Shown here piece by piece: positions 38,423 through 49,870 of a stretch of 64,000 nt of DNA (positions are counted from its first letter, which is position 1; each line of letters opens with the position of its first letter). Origin of the DNA: a virus. The position numbers were made by a program, and so were the translations under genes. The DNA lies in IMG/VR virus record IMGVR_UViG_3300028025_000092. One strand, given 5' to 3'. The notes beneath the pieces were generated by a model, which ran no database searches, was not told where the DNA came from, and saw only the letters and a list, made by a program, of their open reading frames with translations.

Positions 38423-40609
38423 ATGGCGAAGACTCCATATATTAGGCCCTTACAGTTACAGGGTGGAACTTTTTACACATTTAGTTCTGCTGCGGAGGAT
38501 CTTGCTTTAACTTTTAATAACACTGTTAATAAGTTTAGATTTTCTAAATACGTTCTTTTAAATATACCAGAATTTAGAAATCCTGTTTATGGCGAGAATA
38601 CCATACAATTTGATACAATAGATTCGGCTTTTTTAGATGTTGCTGAGGGATCTTTTGATTTAGTTAGTCCAAATAACTTAAGTCCTAATTTAGAGGTATC
38701 TTTTCAAAATTATTGTTTAAATTTAGAAGCAACATTTCTATCTGATGATAATTATAATCCTTCTCTAAAAAGAAACGTTTCGGAAAGGGTATTTTGGAAA
38801 TGGCTTAAAGAATTAGGAGCTGTTAGATTTAGACCGGCTAACTCTAATGAGGTTATACCAACACTGGACCAAAATGCTACCGGGTTAACCGGTGGGTTTC
38901 CATACTCTGATAAGAGATGGACAGAAGAGGATGACTTTTCTACCGGTAACGGAAGCGTAACCCCTAGATATTCTAGAGTAGTTAAGTATATCGGGGAGTG
39001 TGATATAGTTAATTCAGTTCAACATAAGAATAATTCTTATTCTGAGGTTTATATACACGTACCAACCAGTGATGGCCACACCCCTTTAGTAATGTTTAAA
39101 ACCCAGGCTGATGAAAATTATTATCCTGGTCAAATATTAACAAACAGGCCAACAGATCCTTTGGATTCTGAATACCTTCAAGGTAGAAGCTCTTCCTCTG
39201 GTGCATACGGACCTAATGGATTACCAACATTTGCTATCTTTGATCAGGATGTAATTGGACAGCCGGGTATCACCGGTACTTCTGCAACGGGTGCTGCTTT
39301 TTATAGTCAATGGTATTATCCTAGAAATACAGCTAATTCATATTACACTGAATCTAGTTTCTTTAATTCTGATACGGATGATATCACCAAGTATATAATA
39401 AATGGTACGGGAACTCAGGTTAATTATAAAAGAAATAAACTTGACGGAATTCAATTAGATTTTGATCCTGATAATTATAAACCTATCGTAGATAATCCAT
39501 CTATTAGTACAATAGAAGAATATAATTCAACTGTAGATTCTAGCTCATTTGAGTTTAATACAGTTTTACTTTATTACGATGTTTACGATCCTAACAATCC
39601 TGCTGACTCTGAAACAAATCTTTATGGAGTTTTATTCTTAGAGGATATAGAGCCAATATCAAATTCTGCGGGAAAAATACCTACCTTTAAAAAATATAAG
39701 CCAGACGCAGTCACAAAGCTTAATGGTAATTCTTACGGATTAAAGGTAAATCTTAAATTTGATACTGATGTAGACAACACTGGGGTGGAACTTGCTGTGA
39801 ATGATTATTCTTCATTCTCCCTTTCAATGTTTATGGATGCAGCCAACGTGTTGCAAGAAGCTTCAAGAACATTAAATGATCAAACAATAGAAATTATAGG
39901 TCTAGCAAATAGAGTTTCTAATGTTGAGGATCTTATAATCACTATGGATGATAATACATCCTTAAGTGCTAGAATTAAATCTTTGGAGGATGCTATGGTA
40001 GCAAACCAATCGCTATTCAAAAACACCCAAGATATATTAGGTCTAATCGAAAGAAACTATTCACTTACAAACGATCTTTTAAATGGCAGAACGGATATTA
40101 AACTTTCTTACGATTTAGATCTTGTTAAAGGCGGAAAAGGAATCAACGTTGATAGATCCACACCTAATAAGCTAATACTAAACAATACAGTTCAAAATTA
40201 TAACATAACAGAAGGAATAAATTATAGTTTCAATATCAATCAAACCAGTGGAAATACATTAGTTCTTAATGAGTTTAATAACTATTTTAAACACACAAAT
40301 TTTGGTTTAACTATTAATCTAGTTAATGATCTGGTCATAAAAATAGATGACACAAATAGCAAGTGGCACAGAGGGCAAACACTTAGATTAGTTTTTGATG
40401 ATATGGTGGTTCTTAATGGTAACAATATTTTAATATACACGGACATAAAAGGTGCATATCCTCTAAGTGCACCATCTGGGGTTCCATACAGTGTTCTAAT
40501 TGGAGGATTTACACAAAGCATTTTCGATTCTTCTAACAACAAACCAATATTCGATATAGTTTGTGTTGATGAAAAGAATTTAGTTTTTGAAATAGATCAA
40601 ATAAGATAA
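38423..40609 (+). CDS. Virion structural protein (728 aa)
   Basis: Long ORF in the tail operon (GGTFYTF, SERVFWKWL, FEFN.VL.YYD) with a coiled coil near the C-terminus. Confidence 0.65.
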   Translation: MAKTPYIRPLQLQGGTFYTFSSAAEDLALTFNNTVNKFRFSKYVLLNIPEFRNPVYGENTIQFDTIDSAFLDVAEGSFDLVSPNNLSPNLEVSFQNYCLNLEATFLSDDNYNPSLKRNVSERVFWKWLKELGAVRFRPANSNEVIPTLDQNATGLTGGFPYSDKRWTEEDDFSTGNGSVTPRYSRVVKYIGECDIVNSVQHKNNSYSEVYIHVPTSDGHTPLVMFKTQADENYYPGQILTNRPTDPLDSEYLQGRSSSSGAYGPNGLPTFAIFDQDVIGQPGITGTSATGAAFYSQWYYPRNTANSYYTESSFFNSDTDDITKYIINGTGTQVNYKRNKLDGIQLDFDPDNYKPIVDNPSISTIEEYNSTVDSSSFEFNTVLLYYDVYDPNNPADSETNLYGVLFLEDIEPISNSAGKIPTFKKYKPDAVTKLNGNSYGLKVNLKFDTDVDNTGVELAVNDYSSFSLSMFMDAANVLQEASRTLNDQTIEIIGLANRVSNVEDLIITMDDNTSLSARIKSLEDAMVANQSLFKNTQDILGLIERNYSLTNDLLNGRTDIKLSYDLDLVKGGKGINVDRSTPNKLILNNTVQNYNITEGINYSFNINQTSGNTLVLNEFNNYFKHTNFGLTINLVNDLVIKIDDTNSKWHRGQTLRLVFDDMVVLNGNNILIYTDIKGAYPLSAPSGVPYSVLIGGFTQSIFDSSNNKPIFDIVCVDEKNLVFEIDQIR

Positions 40610-40610
40610 A

Positions 40611-43600
40611 ATGGCAGGTACTAAAAATTCAATAAGTTCATTACTAGCACAGTTTCTTAGACTGCAGAAAAATTCTCTGGAGATAATAAACAAACTAAGT
40701 AATGCTACGACATCTAAGCAAGACACCGTTAATGTGGAATTCTTGGATGATAATAATGTTACGAGTATTGTTTCAATACCTTCCTGGGGTTACATTATAA
40801 ACGAAATAAAGAGATTAGATTCTAACATTAAGACCCTAACCGGTCTAGATGATGGAAATGCTAACGTTAGAAATGCGGATGGTACTGTTTCTAGAATATA
40901 CCAATCAAAGCCACTTACGGATCCTATTGCTCCTTCAACTTTACAAGTACCTTCAAACTTTAAATTCAGAAGTAACCATTTTTTCGAGAGCTTTTTGAAC
41001 CCCCTTTTATTTGTCACGTTTGATCTTGACGGTCAGGTTGATCCTGGAACCAAAAGAGTTTTTGTTAAAAGAATTATTGCAAACACCTCAACCGATGCTC
41101 AAAGAAATTATTTTGATACCAACTTAAAGGGTAGAAATGATATTTCTGATGCTGATTACATGAACTCTCTTTTTGGTCAGGGTATAACATATACCATAGA
41201 CGAAAGCCCAGAGGATCTGCCACTAAGAGTTATAAGAAACAGAGGATCTTTTTCTGTCCTAAGAGTTTTTGATCAGACTATACCAGTTACAGTAGGTGGG
41301 CAAATCATTAATCAGAATGTAAGAAAATATAAACTTGATATTATATCATACAAGGATACTATATCAAGCTCAACAAACTCCGATAGACAATTAAAGATAG
41401 GAGATCTTTTAATGACATCAACTGGTAGTAAATTTGAAATAACTAACGTTGATATTTCAGAATCTACCGTGGTATTAAAGAGGATTAATGGATATGATCC
41501 TGTACCAATCGGACTTAATGCATTAACCCTTGCTTCTGAGATGCTTTCTCCCCTACAGCTAAATGTTAATGTTGGTCACGACGAAAGACAAGCAATCTTT
41601 ATAAAAGCAATCAATGACGAAAACCACGTAACAGGTTCAGCTTATAGTAATGGGGTAGTATTTCATTCAAATGAAATGCTAATAAACACCACAGACGGCA
41701 CGATGAATCTTAATGACTTTTATAAAAGTCAGGTTGCAGACTTTGGAGCACAATTTTTAGGAAACACTAAAGAAAAAGTAATTCCTTCCGTTTATGGGTT
41801 AACCCCAAATTCTCCTTCTTTAAGTGCTTCTAGTTTTAAAGTTGTACAAATCAACAAGCAAATAACGCAGACTAACACGTCAGATAAATTTGCTAACACA
41901 GTTCAGACCAAGGTTAAACTACAAAATGAAATAGATTCTATTAATAAATCTATAGATCAAGCAAGAAGTGAGATATCTCAATTAGTTACAACATCAGTTA
42001 CTAGCTCTAGCGGATCAACAAGAGAAAGCTTACTTTCTAAGATAGATTCACTAACTAAAGAAAAATCTACAAAGACTGCTTTACTACAGACTGTAATACA
42101 GGACTTAAATAATTTGACAGCAACTGCTCCTGAAATAACGGAGGCACCTAAATATAGAATCAGAGGATTCTGGCCAATGCCATCTCCTATGACTGATGGA
42201 AAAACCGGAAATCAAGATGTTGTTCAATTTAGAGTTAGATACAGATATTTAACAAAGCAGGGAAATTCTACATCAACAGACGAAATTAAGTTTATTGATA
42301 ATGACGGGACAGAAAGAAGAGCAACATATAGCAATTGGATAGAGTATAAAACTGACATAAGAAAAAAGGGATATGACACTATTACAAAAAAGTATTATTG
42401 GTTAGACGAAGATGTACAGAACGGAGACGTTCCTAACATTAATCAGATCGATATACCTATTACTGCTGGTGAAAAGGTTGAAATTAAAGTTGCATCAGTC
42501 TCTGAAGCAGGTTGGCCTCTAAATCCACTTGAATCAGATTTTTCTGCTCCTATCACTGTGGATTTTCCGGAGGAGTTTACAACAGCTAACGGGAATTCAC
42601 AATACGTGGAACAAAACAAGAATGATCAGGTTTTAGTTTCCCTACAACAAGATCTATCGTCTAGAGGATTAGATTCGCATCTTTCCACAGCATTTAATAG
42701 TGGTGACAAATACTATGCACACGTATCCGATACGATTTCTTCTGGATTCTTTGATGCAACAGGAAGATCCTTAGATTTGTATCAGAAATTGCTTTCAATG
42801 GATAGAGAAATATCATCGCTAAAAGCTCTTATATCAGTTGCTAAAGGAGTTCTTTCCGTGTATGTTAAGGATAACACAGGAAATACTATTAGCGTCAAAA
42901 GAGGATCGGTTGTTGAGTTATTTACCGGGTATTATAATGAGCTTTTAGATCTTACCAACTTATCAAATTATGGAAAAATAGTTTCTTCTCTTTATACGAT
43001 AGAGTTAAGAAACGATACAGCTTCACCTTTAGAATTATCATCAGTAATTCCAGGAGGACAAAATTTAATAGCATTATCAAACACCGACCCAACAGCATCA
43101 TCAGATTACAGGGATTTTAGAAAATATGATTTAACCCCTATCTCATTAACTGGGATTAAATCAACAGATGTAACCGTAGGTTTAACAGGAGCTAATTGTT
43201 TTATCCACACATCTCCTTTCCAGTCATCAAATTCCAATTCACAATTTGTGTATTGTAGATATAAGAGTGTAGGATTTGACGAGGATCTTTATTTTGCTCC
43301 TCCTGCATCCAGTACATGGAATGAGGATACTGGAATCAGCGGCGTTCCTTTAGATTTAGGAACATTATTACCATTTAATCCTACGGGACCTTCTACCCCG
43401 GGCGTTAGCAATTCTTTTGTATGGACTGGAACATATGATACAATAAATCAGGTTCCTCTTGGCAATGGAAAATTAAACGAATTCTGTATACACATAGATC
43501 ACCCAACGGTATCTTACGAAGCAACACAAGCTTCTCCAAAAATATTTAAAGAGCTAGTTAAGCCTGCACAAGGTCCAGTAGGAACAAAGGGATTTTTATA

Positions 43601-44168
43601 TCCAGCATTTAGGCATTCTGCAGGATTTGAAGCATCAAATACTGAGGTCTTTAGTCCTACTGTTACCAATCAAACAAAAGGATATCAACAACTTTCGTAT
43701 AATAGGATCTCTAATAATAGCTATGGTGTCGGAGGGGATAACCATTCATATCCAGAAAAGCTTGGATTTAGCCCTGATGATGAATTCTTGATAGGTAAAT
43801 ATTCATGTGGATCTTACCTTTATATGGCTCCTTCCAGTCATTATCCTATACAAGTGGAGGGTTCAACATCATTAGCAGGAAAAACTCTTTCACCAGGAAC
43901 TGAAAATGCAATAGTTATACCGGTTTTATTCCAGATGAGATGTCAGGATAAACTAGGATTTGTTGGAGGATTTAGAAACAGCGGTACGATTAGAAACGTA
44001 ACGTACACCAAGAAGATAGGAATAGATATTAAAGTAAGTAACGAAGAAGTATTTTCTTTTGATCTATCTATATCAGGAAGTTATACTAAATCAGCTCTAG
44101 CATCTCCGACATATTCTAATTTTAAAGACACGCTTGGATATAGAAGATTTGACCAACCACAACCATAA
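40611..44168 (+). CDS. Virion structural protein (1185 aa) with central coiled coil
   Basis: Long ORF in the tail operon; PKYRIRGFW and SEAGWP.NP motifs; heptad segment at ~41900-42120. Confidence 0.65.
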   Translation: MAGTKNSISSLLAQFLRLQKNSLEIINKLSNATTSKQDTVNVEFLDDNNVTSIVSIPSWGYIINEIKRLDSNIKTLTGLDDGNANVRNADGTVSRIYQSKPLTDPIAPSTLQVPSNFKFRSNHFFESFLNPLLFVTFDLDGQVDPGTKRVFVKRIIANTSTDAQRNYFDTNLKGRNDISDADYMNSLFGQGITYTIDESPEDLPLRVIRNRGSFSVLRVFDQTIPVTVGGQIINQNVRKYKLDIISYKDTISSSTNSDRQLKIGDLLMTSTGSKFEITNVDISESTVVLKRINGYDPVPIGLNALTLASEMLSPLQLNVNVGHDERQAIFIKAINDENHVTGSAYSNGVVFHSNEMLINTTDGTMNLNDFYKSQVADFGAQFLGNTKEKVIPSVYGLTPNSPSLSASSFKVVQINKQITQTNTSDKFANTVQTKVKLQNEIDSINKSIDQARSEISQLVTTSVTSSSGSTRESLLSKIDSLTKEKSTKTALLQTVIQDLNNLTATAPEITEAPKYRIRGFWPMPSPMTDGKTGNQDVVQFRVRYRYLTKQGNSTSTDEIKFIDNDGTERRATYSNWIEYKTDIRKKGYDTITKKYYWLDEDVQNGDVPNINQIDIPITAGEKVEIKVASVSEAGWPLNPLESDFSAPITVDFPEEFTTANGNSQYVEQNKNDQVLVSLQQDLSSRGLDSHLSTAFNSGDKYYAHVSDTISSGFFDATGRSLDLYQKLLSMDREISSLKALISVAKGVLSVYVKDNTGNTISVKRGSVVELFTGYYNELLDLTNLSNYGKIVSSLYTIELRNDTASPLELSSVIPGGQNLIALSNTDPTASSDYRDFRKYDLTPISLTGIKSTDVTVGLTGANCFIHTSPFQSSNSNSQFVYCRYKSVGFDEDLYFAPPASSTWNEDTGISGVPLDLGTLLPFNPTGPSTPGVSNSFVWTGTYDTINQVPLGNGKLNEFCIHIDHPTVSYEATQASPKIFKELVKPAQGPVGTKGFLYPAFRHSAGFEASNTEVFSPTVTNQTKGYQQLSYNRISNNSYGVGGDNHSYPEKLGFSPDDEFLIGKYSCGSYLYMAPSSHYPIQVEGSTSLAGKTLSPGTENAIVIPVLFQMRCQDKLGFVGGFRNSGTIRNVTYTKKIGIDIKVSNEEVFSFDLSISGSYTKSALASPTYSNFKDTLGYRRFDQPQP

Positions 44169-44178
44169 CTATTAAAGA

Positions 44179-47100
44179 ATGGCCGAAAAAAAAGACAAAT
44201 ACAAATCATCGTTTGGAGTAGTAAGAGCGAATCCTAGGATCTCTGGTAATTTAAAACTTACCGTTGATTCTGGTTCTAATATATGGCTTAACTCTATAGA
44301 TTCTAATGACGAAATGTCAAAGAACGAGTATAAAGGATATAGGATCTCACCCGACGGGGATTTTTCTCAAGATGTCTATAATTTTTTCAACAAGGGAAAA
44401 ACCCCTACCAATTTTATTTTTGGTATAAAGAACGAAGAAAAACCACAGGAAACGTACACAAGTTCATTAGAACTTCAATATGATGGCTTTTATCATATGG
44501 GGGTTACCCCTTTAGTATCCGATGTTTATAATGAGGACTTTTCATACCTTGCACCAATGTGGATGGGTACGGACATTCCTAAATATTTTGTTATTTTTAG
44601 AATAGACGATCCTATTGATTTTTCATATCTGGTGAAAGTTACAACACTAGAGGTTGGAAAAAATTACAAGGTAATTGAAAATTACGGGGTGGATACATTA
44701 TCACCCCAATATCAGCAATATCAGATTAAATCAGACGGTGTTACGTATTCAGCCGGAACTATTTTTATTGCAACCCAAACAAATTTTACAACGGTATCAG
44801 GAAATGGTAGTGTTATACTTCTTGATGGTAATTATAATAAACAATTTGTAGGTGATATACAGGATCATTTTGTAGACAATATACTTCCTAAGTCATCCAT
44901 CGTAGCAACTTTTTCCCTGCAGGGTGATACTAAAATAGGAAAATACATTAGAAAAATCCAAGCAAATGCAAATTACACCCAATCTCTGATTGATGTAAAA
45001 TTTGAACAGAATTCTCTTAGCACATATAACGGGGTTTCTATTAAAGATGGTGTATACACTAAAAAGGGAGAATATCTAAATTCTAATTTTATTAGTGATT
45101 CCACTGTAATAGAATTAGATCAGATAATCACTGACGGATTTAAAAGAAATGATATAATATCATATAATCTTTTAAATCTTGAGTTTTTATTTACCGATGA
45201 AAATGCAGATCTTTACACAATAAATAGATATTATGGATTCTATGTTGATGATATACCTACCGGAAATTTTAAACTCTCGGGTGAATCTTTCTACCAAAAC
45301 TCTTTAACTGAAGGAAATTTCCCAGAACCTAAATCTGCTACACAGATCTCGGAGAAAATGACTTCATCTTTTTATCAAACTAACGAGAATGGACTTAAAT
45401 TATTTATAGATCCAGCATCTAGATGGGGATATCTCCCAACTTCTGATGATGTCCACATTAATGATAGATTAAAGGTATTTTATGTAAAAGATAAAAACCA
45501 CAATTTCCATTCTTATAAGCAGGTTAAAGATTATCAGAATTCTGCAACGGATAATGACAAATGGGGAACAGGCACGTCATCTGAAGATGTGATAGTTCTT
45601 AAAGATAAAATAGTAGATCTTTCTATTTTTTCTGGTCCAGATAGAACAAAAACCAAAGAATACAAGGGGATTTTAACAGGAACAGGAGGTAGATCGTATT
45701 CTACTATTAAAATAACTGACGAACTTACCCCTAATGATGCAATAGTTCTATATCATCCCTTTGGAGAAAATTCAACAACCAACAGAAGATATGATTATTT
45801 TGTTGCTTCCGATTTAACCTATGTTAAACCTGGATGGGGTCCGGGAAGTTCTAGTGACGAAGGTGGAGCTTATTACTTCCACCCGTTTGGTACTAACGAT
45901 GAAATAGCATTGGCTATTACTAACGTTTTAAATAGTGTTAATTATAAATCTTATAGGGCGTTTAATTCCGGAAATGAAATTATTATTAGAACGGAGGGGA
46001 GTGACCGCAGAAATGATGGAATGTTCTCTCTTTTTATATACAAAGATTTCTACAACAAATCTTCATTCGTCGATGCTGAAAAAATTTATTTTAATGATAT
46101 TGATGGCAAAGATTTAACTGACGTTTTAGATTTTGTCGGTGGATCTGAATATACTAATACCAGAATTAAAATTACAAATATAGATGCTAGCAAAATTTCA
46201 ATAGATAAAAGCTACGTCAGAACTAATTTTGGATTTTCTAAGATCAGATTTATAGGAAAATGCATAGACTATGATCCCACTGAAATAGAATTCGATCGTA
46301 TAAAAGATTATGATACACATTCTATAGTAGAGATAGAAAATAACACACACACAATATTAGTAGGATCCAACAGTACGATTGTAGCTGAGGAACTAATCAA
46401 TGTAGAGACCGGGGTATTTTCAATATACGGACTTAAGGATCTTGATGTAGATTTTTGGACTAGCAACTATGGCAAAACCCCAACCGAAGAATATTATAGA
46501 TATATTGACGTTCAGCCTGATGGTATAACACCTATTATACAAGGAATAGACTATGCCGTAGCTTTAGGTGCTACTGTTGAATATATGGGTACTTCTTACG
46601 GTCAAGGAGCTACTGCCGGATTTATTTTTAGAGGAGGAACAAATCCTGCTTATACATTAACCCAATCATCTAACACATCAAGATCAAATGTGGTTCCTGC
46701 TCCTTTTGTTAATTCCATAACGAATGCACAATCGGGAATAAACGATCCTTTGGTTGATATTGATAAATTCCCGGGGTTTTTAGGGTTACAGGATATTAAA
46801 TTTTTGAACGATACATCCTCAATATTAACCAAGAGAGACCAAATGTATTTTGGCAAGGTTGATAGTGAATATGATGTATTAAAGGAAAATTATATAAGGA
46901 ACCTTTCTAACGTATCTAGGGTCATTCCATATGTCACTAAATGGGTGTATCAGGGAGGAATAGATGTTAGAGGAAACGATTATAGATTAAATTCTAGCCC
47001 AGCATTTACCCCTCTTAATTTTTCTCCTAGTTTTTTCAGCCCAGGAAGAGATCCTTTATATTTTACTAATGAGTGGTATCTATTAGAAAATCCACCAATA

Positions 47101-49839
47101 TTAGCAACCCAAAAATTAATTTCTGATACTAATAGCTATTGCACAGGAAGTATATCATTAACATCTTTGAGAAATGCTGATCCGTCCGAGGAGGATTATT
47201 TTGTTAACTATTTTACAGTAGACGGAAATGATTATTATAATTTAGATACAGTTAAATTTAGCGAAATAAAAAGCAAGGTTGCAGATCAGAGATATACATA
47301 TTTTTCATATGATTCTGCATCTGGATTTTCTGAAACCCTATTTAGAGGTGTTAAGGTTAGAATTAAAGAAAGAACTGACACGTCTTTAAAAACAAAAGAG
47401 AGAAATCTATTTAAATCTGGAGATCAGAAATTTAAGGGATATAAATTTTCTTGTATTCTTAAATCAATAGATGACCCAGATCCATACTCCGTAACATCAC
47501 CTGTCACATTTGATGTAATTCAAAATGACACGTTTAAAAGTGTTACTCTAGCTATTACTATCATTAACAACGATTTAAGATTTGTTAATTTCAAAAGTCT
47601 CTCTGATGCTTTATATAGCACAAATCCAGATGCCAATGCTTTGTTTGCTACCGCCACAGGATCCTGGTATTATAATCCTACCGGTATTTACGGTGGATCT
47701 GATTATTTTGGATTATACTCTATCAGTAACAAATATAGACATTCAGTAACGGGGAGCTTATCACTATCTGAAAGAGCCAAATTATTGGGGGGAGTTGAAA
47801 AAATTTCATCTACAATAGGTGATGTTAAATTAAGCTCCGGATTAAACGTAACCACTAGAGCAACTATAGGAATATCACCCTACGTCGGTTTTGATAGTTT
47901 TAATGGAACCGGAATAATTCCTATAGCAGTTAACGGAGGGTATGATACGGATTTAAGGGAGGAGGTTAAATTCTTTTCTCCATCAACCCCTGTTTCTGGT
48001 GCTTCTACTAGACCTTCTTCCTTTAGAGATCAGTATACACTATTCTCTCCTAAACCTAATGATCCTGGTCAGTACTGGCAAAAAATACCTTGGCCTACTG
48101 GTGCGGGTAAAAACTATTTAAACTTTAATGAAGTTACTAGTGTTTCTTCTTATTCGTTTGACTTTACCAATTTAGGATATAGTCCTCCTTTATTCACAAA
48201 AGTTCCTGTTGCTATTTCATACAATACAATTGAAAATAAATCCGTGTATCAATTCTCAGCTGGAGAAAATTACTGGGAATCTGTTTTTAGTAAAATATCT
48301 TTTCCTGAAATTTATAAACTTTTTTCTGACGATAACGGGTATATTAATTACACAAGATCTTATTGGGATTCTTCTAAATTATTAACGGTCACAGAAAATG
48401 ATACGTATGTTTTAGAATTTATTAAACCATCGTCATTTATCCAGAACTCAAGAAAAATCCCTCTTGAAGATAATTTTAAACCCGAAAAATATTCTAATAC
48501 TTTAGTGGGATATCAACTTATAGAAGAGAATAGTGTTACTGAATTTTTTAGATATGGCGGGGGTTATTCTCCTAAGTTCGTTGATGTACTTCCTTTCTCT
48601 AACATTAAAGATGATTATTTAAGTTCTGATAGGAACAATACGAATTCGCTAGACGTTACGGTTTCCCTCAGAGAAAAAGTAAAAGGTGATTCTAAATTTT
48701 ACGGGGTTGGATCAAATTATGAGATATTAATAGATGGATCTCCTAGAAAAAAATTAAGACTCGTCAGAGGAAACACATATAATTTTATTTTTGATAATTT
48801 CCGTTCTACTTTACATACACCATCATTTCCTATAAAGAAAAATTTTGTAATATCTTTAGTAGAAAACTCTGGTGATCTACAAAATTTATATACTACAAAA
48901 TACACACTAGGAACATCTAGTTCCACTTTTACTGTTCCTGAAAACGTACAGAATGAAATATACTACGAGCTAGAGGGTGAGAACTTTTCCGGTGGTTCCG
49001 CTACAGTGGTTGAAAGTTTAAAATACAAAAACACAACATTTGGTATAGAAAAAGATTCATTCGGAACTATTAAAAATCTAAATTTTTATAAATATGCGAA
49101 GGTGAATCCTTTTGGAATAGATCCAGAGTCTGGATACAAACTACAATATCCTTTAATAGGTGAAACCCCAATAGATAGAAGAAATTTATTCATTTTTGAA
49201 AGTACTTGGGATGCTGGAAGGTATCAGGAATATCTTGCTCCTACCACATATCAGTATTTACCAGGAACGAAGAATATGATAGAACAAAAATCTTTCCTAG
49301 GAAGTAAGGTAATGAAAACCCCAAATCTTATAAAGGAGCCCCTACAACTTAAATATCCCTCTTCTATCAATGATGTTTTTAATGTTAATTCAGATCTTTA
49401 TCCTAAGTATGAAATTATATGGGAAGAAACTGATACTGAGATAAAGGCACTTCTGTTGATCAATAGAACAGCAATAAAGCATTTCCAGAAAGGCGGGATA
49501 GACAAGAGATTTTCAGAATTGCTTGTTTCTGAGTTTGGCATAGGTAACGACACAACATTGACTGACGATGTAGATGAATATATTAAAAATAACATTCTTC
49601 CACAATATGAAGCTAAAGAAATAGGGGTTTATATTAAAAAAATACAAATTACACCTGGTATAGATTTACAGCCAATAATCACTGACCTTTCTGACTATCA
49701 GAAGATCTCCAGCGGATTTTTAAAGTCTACCAATAACGATATAACAAAAAAATCACCTTTAGAGTACGAATTTAGACTTAGAAAAGATCCTTCCTTTGAT
49801 TATTCAGTAGCTTTCTCTTTTCTGGTCGGAAAAATATAA
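44179..49839 (+). CDS. Very large virion structural protein (1886 aa)
   Basis: Long ORF in the tail operon (R.NP.ISGN.KL, NLEFLF.D, INRYYG.Y, FRYGG.Y.P.F). Confidence 0.65.
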   Translation: MAEKKDKYKSSFGVVRANPRISGNLKLTVDSGSNIWLNSIDSNDEMSKNEYKGYRISPDGDFSQDVYNFFNKGKTPTNFIFGIKNEEKPQETYTSSLELQYDGFYHMGVTPLVSDVYNEDFSYLAPMWMGTDIPKYFVIFRIDDPIDFSYLVKVTTLEVGKNYKVIENYGVDTLSPQYQQYQIKSDGVTYSAGTIFIATQTNFTTVSGNGSVILLDGNYNKQFVGDIQDHFVDNILPKSSIVATFSLQGDTKIGKYIRKIQANANYTQSLIDVKFEQNSLSTYNGVSIKDGVYTKKGEYLNSNFISDSTVIELDQIITDGFKRNDIISYNLLNLEFLFTDENADLYTINRYYGFYVDDIPTGNFKLSGESFYQNSLTEGNFPEPKSATQISEKMTSSFYQTNENGLKLFIDPASRWGYLPTSDDVHINDRLKVFYVKDKNHNFHSYKQVKDYQNSATDNDKWGTGTSSEDVIVLKDKIVDLSIFSGPDRTKTKEYKGILTGTGGRSYSTIKITDELTPNDAIVLYHPFGENSTTNRRYDYFVASDLTYVKPGWGPGSSSDEGGAYYFHPFGTNDEIALAITNVLNSVNYKSYRAFNSGNEIIIRTEGSDRRNDGMFSLFIYKDFYNKSSFVDAEKIYFNDIDGKDLTDVLDFVGGSEYTNTRIKITNIDASKISIDKSYVRTNFGFSKIRFIGKCIDYDPTEIEFDRIKDYDTHSIVEIENNTHTILVGSNSTIVAEELINVETGVFSIYGLKDLDVDFWTSNYGKTPTEEYYRYIDVQPDGITPIIQGIDYAVALGATVEYMGTSYGQGATAGFIFRGGTNPAYTLTQSSNTSRSNVVPAPFVNSITNAQSGINDPLVDIDKFPGFLGLQDIKFLNDTSSILTKRDQMYFGKVDSEYDVLKENYIRNLSNVSRVIPYVTKWVYQGGIDVRGNDYRLNSSPAFTPLNFSPSFFSPGRDPLYFTNEWYLLENPPILATQKLISDTNSYCTGSISLTSLRNADPSEEDYFVNYFTVDGNDYYNLDTVKFSEIKSKVADQRYTYFSYDSASGFSETLFRGVKVRIKERTDTSLKTKERNLFKSGDQKFKGYKFSCILKSIDDPDPYSVTSPVTFDVIQNDTFKSVTLAITIINNDLRFVNFKSLSDALYSTNPDANALFATATGSWYYNPTGIYGGSDYFGLYSISNKYRHSVTGSLSLSERAKLLGGVEKISSTIGDVKLSSGLNVTTRATIGISPYVGFDSFNGTGIIPIAVNGGYDTDLREEVKFFSPSTPVSGASTRPSSFRDQYTLFSPKPNDPGQYWQKIPWPTGAGKNYLNFNEVTSVSSYSFDFTNLGYSPPLFTKVPVAISYNTIENKSVYQFSAGENYWESVFSKISFPEIYKLFSDDNGYINYTRSYWDSSKLLTVTENDTYVLEFIKPSSFIQNSRKIPLEDNFKPEKYSNTLVGYQLIEENSVTEFFRYGGGYSPKFVDVLPFSNIKDDYLSSDRNNTNSLDVTVSLREKVKGDSKFYGVGSNYEILIDGSPRKKLRLVRGNTYNFIFDNFRSTLHTPSFPIKKNFVISLVENSGDLQNLYTTKYTLGTSSSTFTVPENVQNEIYYELEGENFSGGSATVVESLKYKNTTFGIEKDSFGTIKNLNFYKYAKVNPFGIDPESGYKLQYPLIGETPIDRRNLFIFESTWDAGRYQEYLAPTTYQYLPGTKNMIEQKSFLGSKVMKTPNLIKEPLQLKYPSSINDVFNVNSDLYPKYEIIWEETDTEIKALLLINRTAIKHFQKGGIDKRFSELLVSEFGIGNDTTLTDDVDEYIKNNILPQYEAKEIGVYIKKIQITPGIDLQPIITDLSDYQKISSGFLKSTNNDITKKSPLEYEFRLRKDPSFDYSVAFSFLVGKI

Positions 49840-49843
49840 GGGA

Positions 49844-49851
49844 GATATATA
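49844..49851 (+). promoter_or_regulatory. Candidate late promoter GATATATA
   Basis: 19 nt before the tail fibre ATG. Confidence 0.6.
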
Positions 49852-49870
49852 TAAAAACTAATAGAGCGAG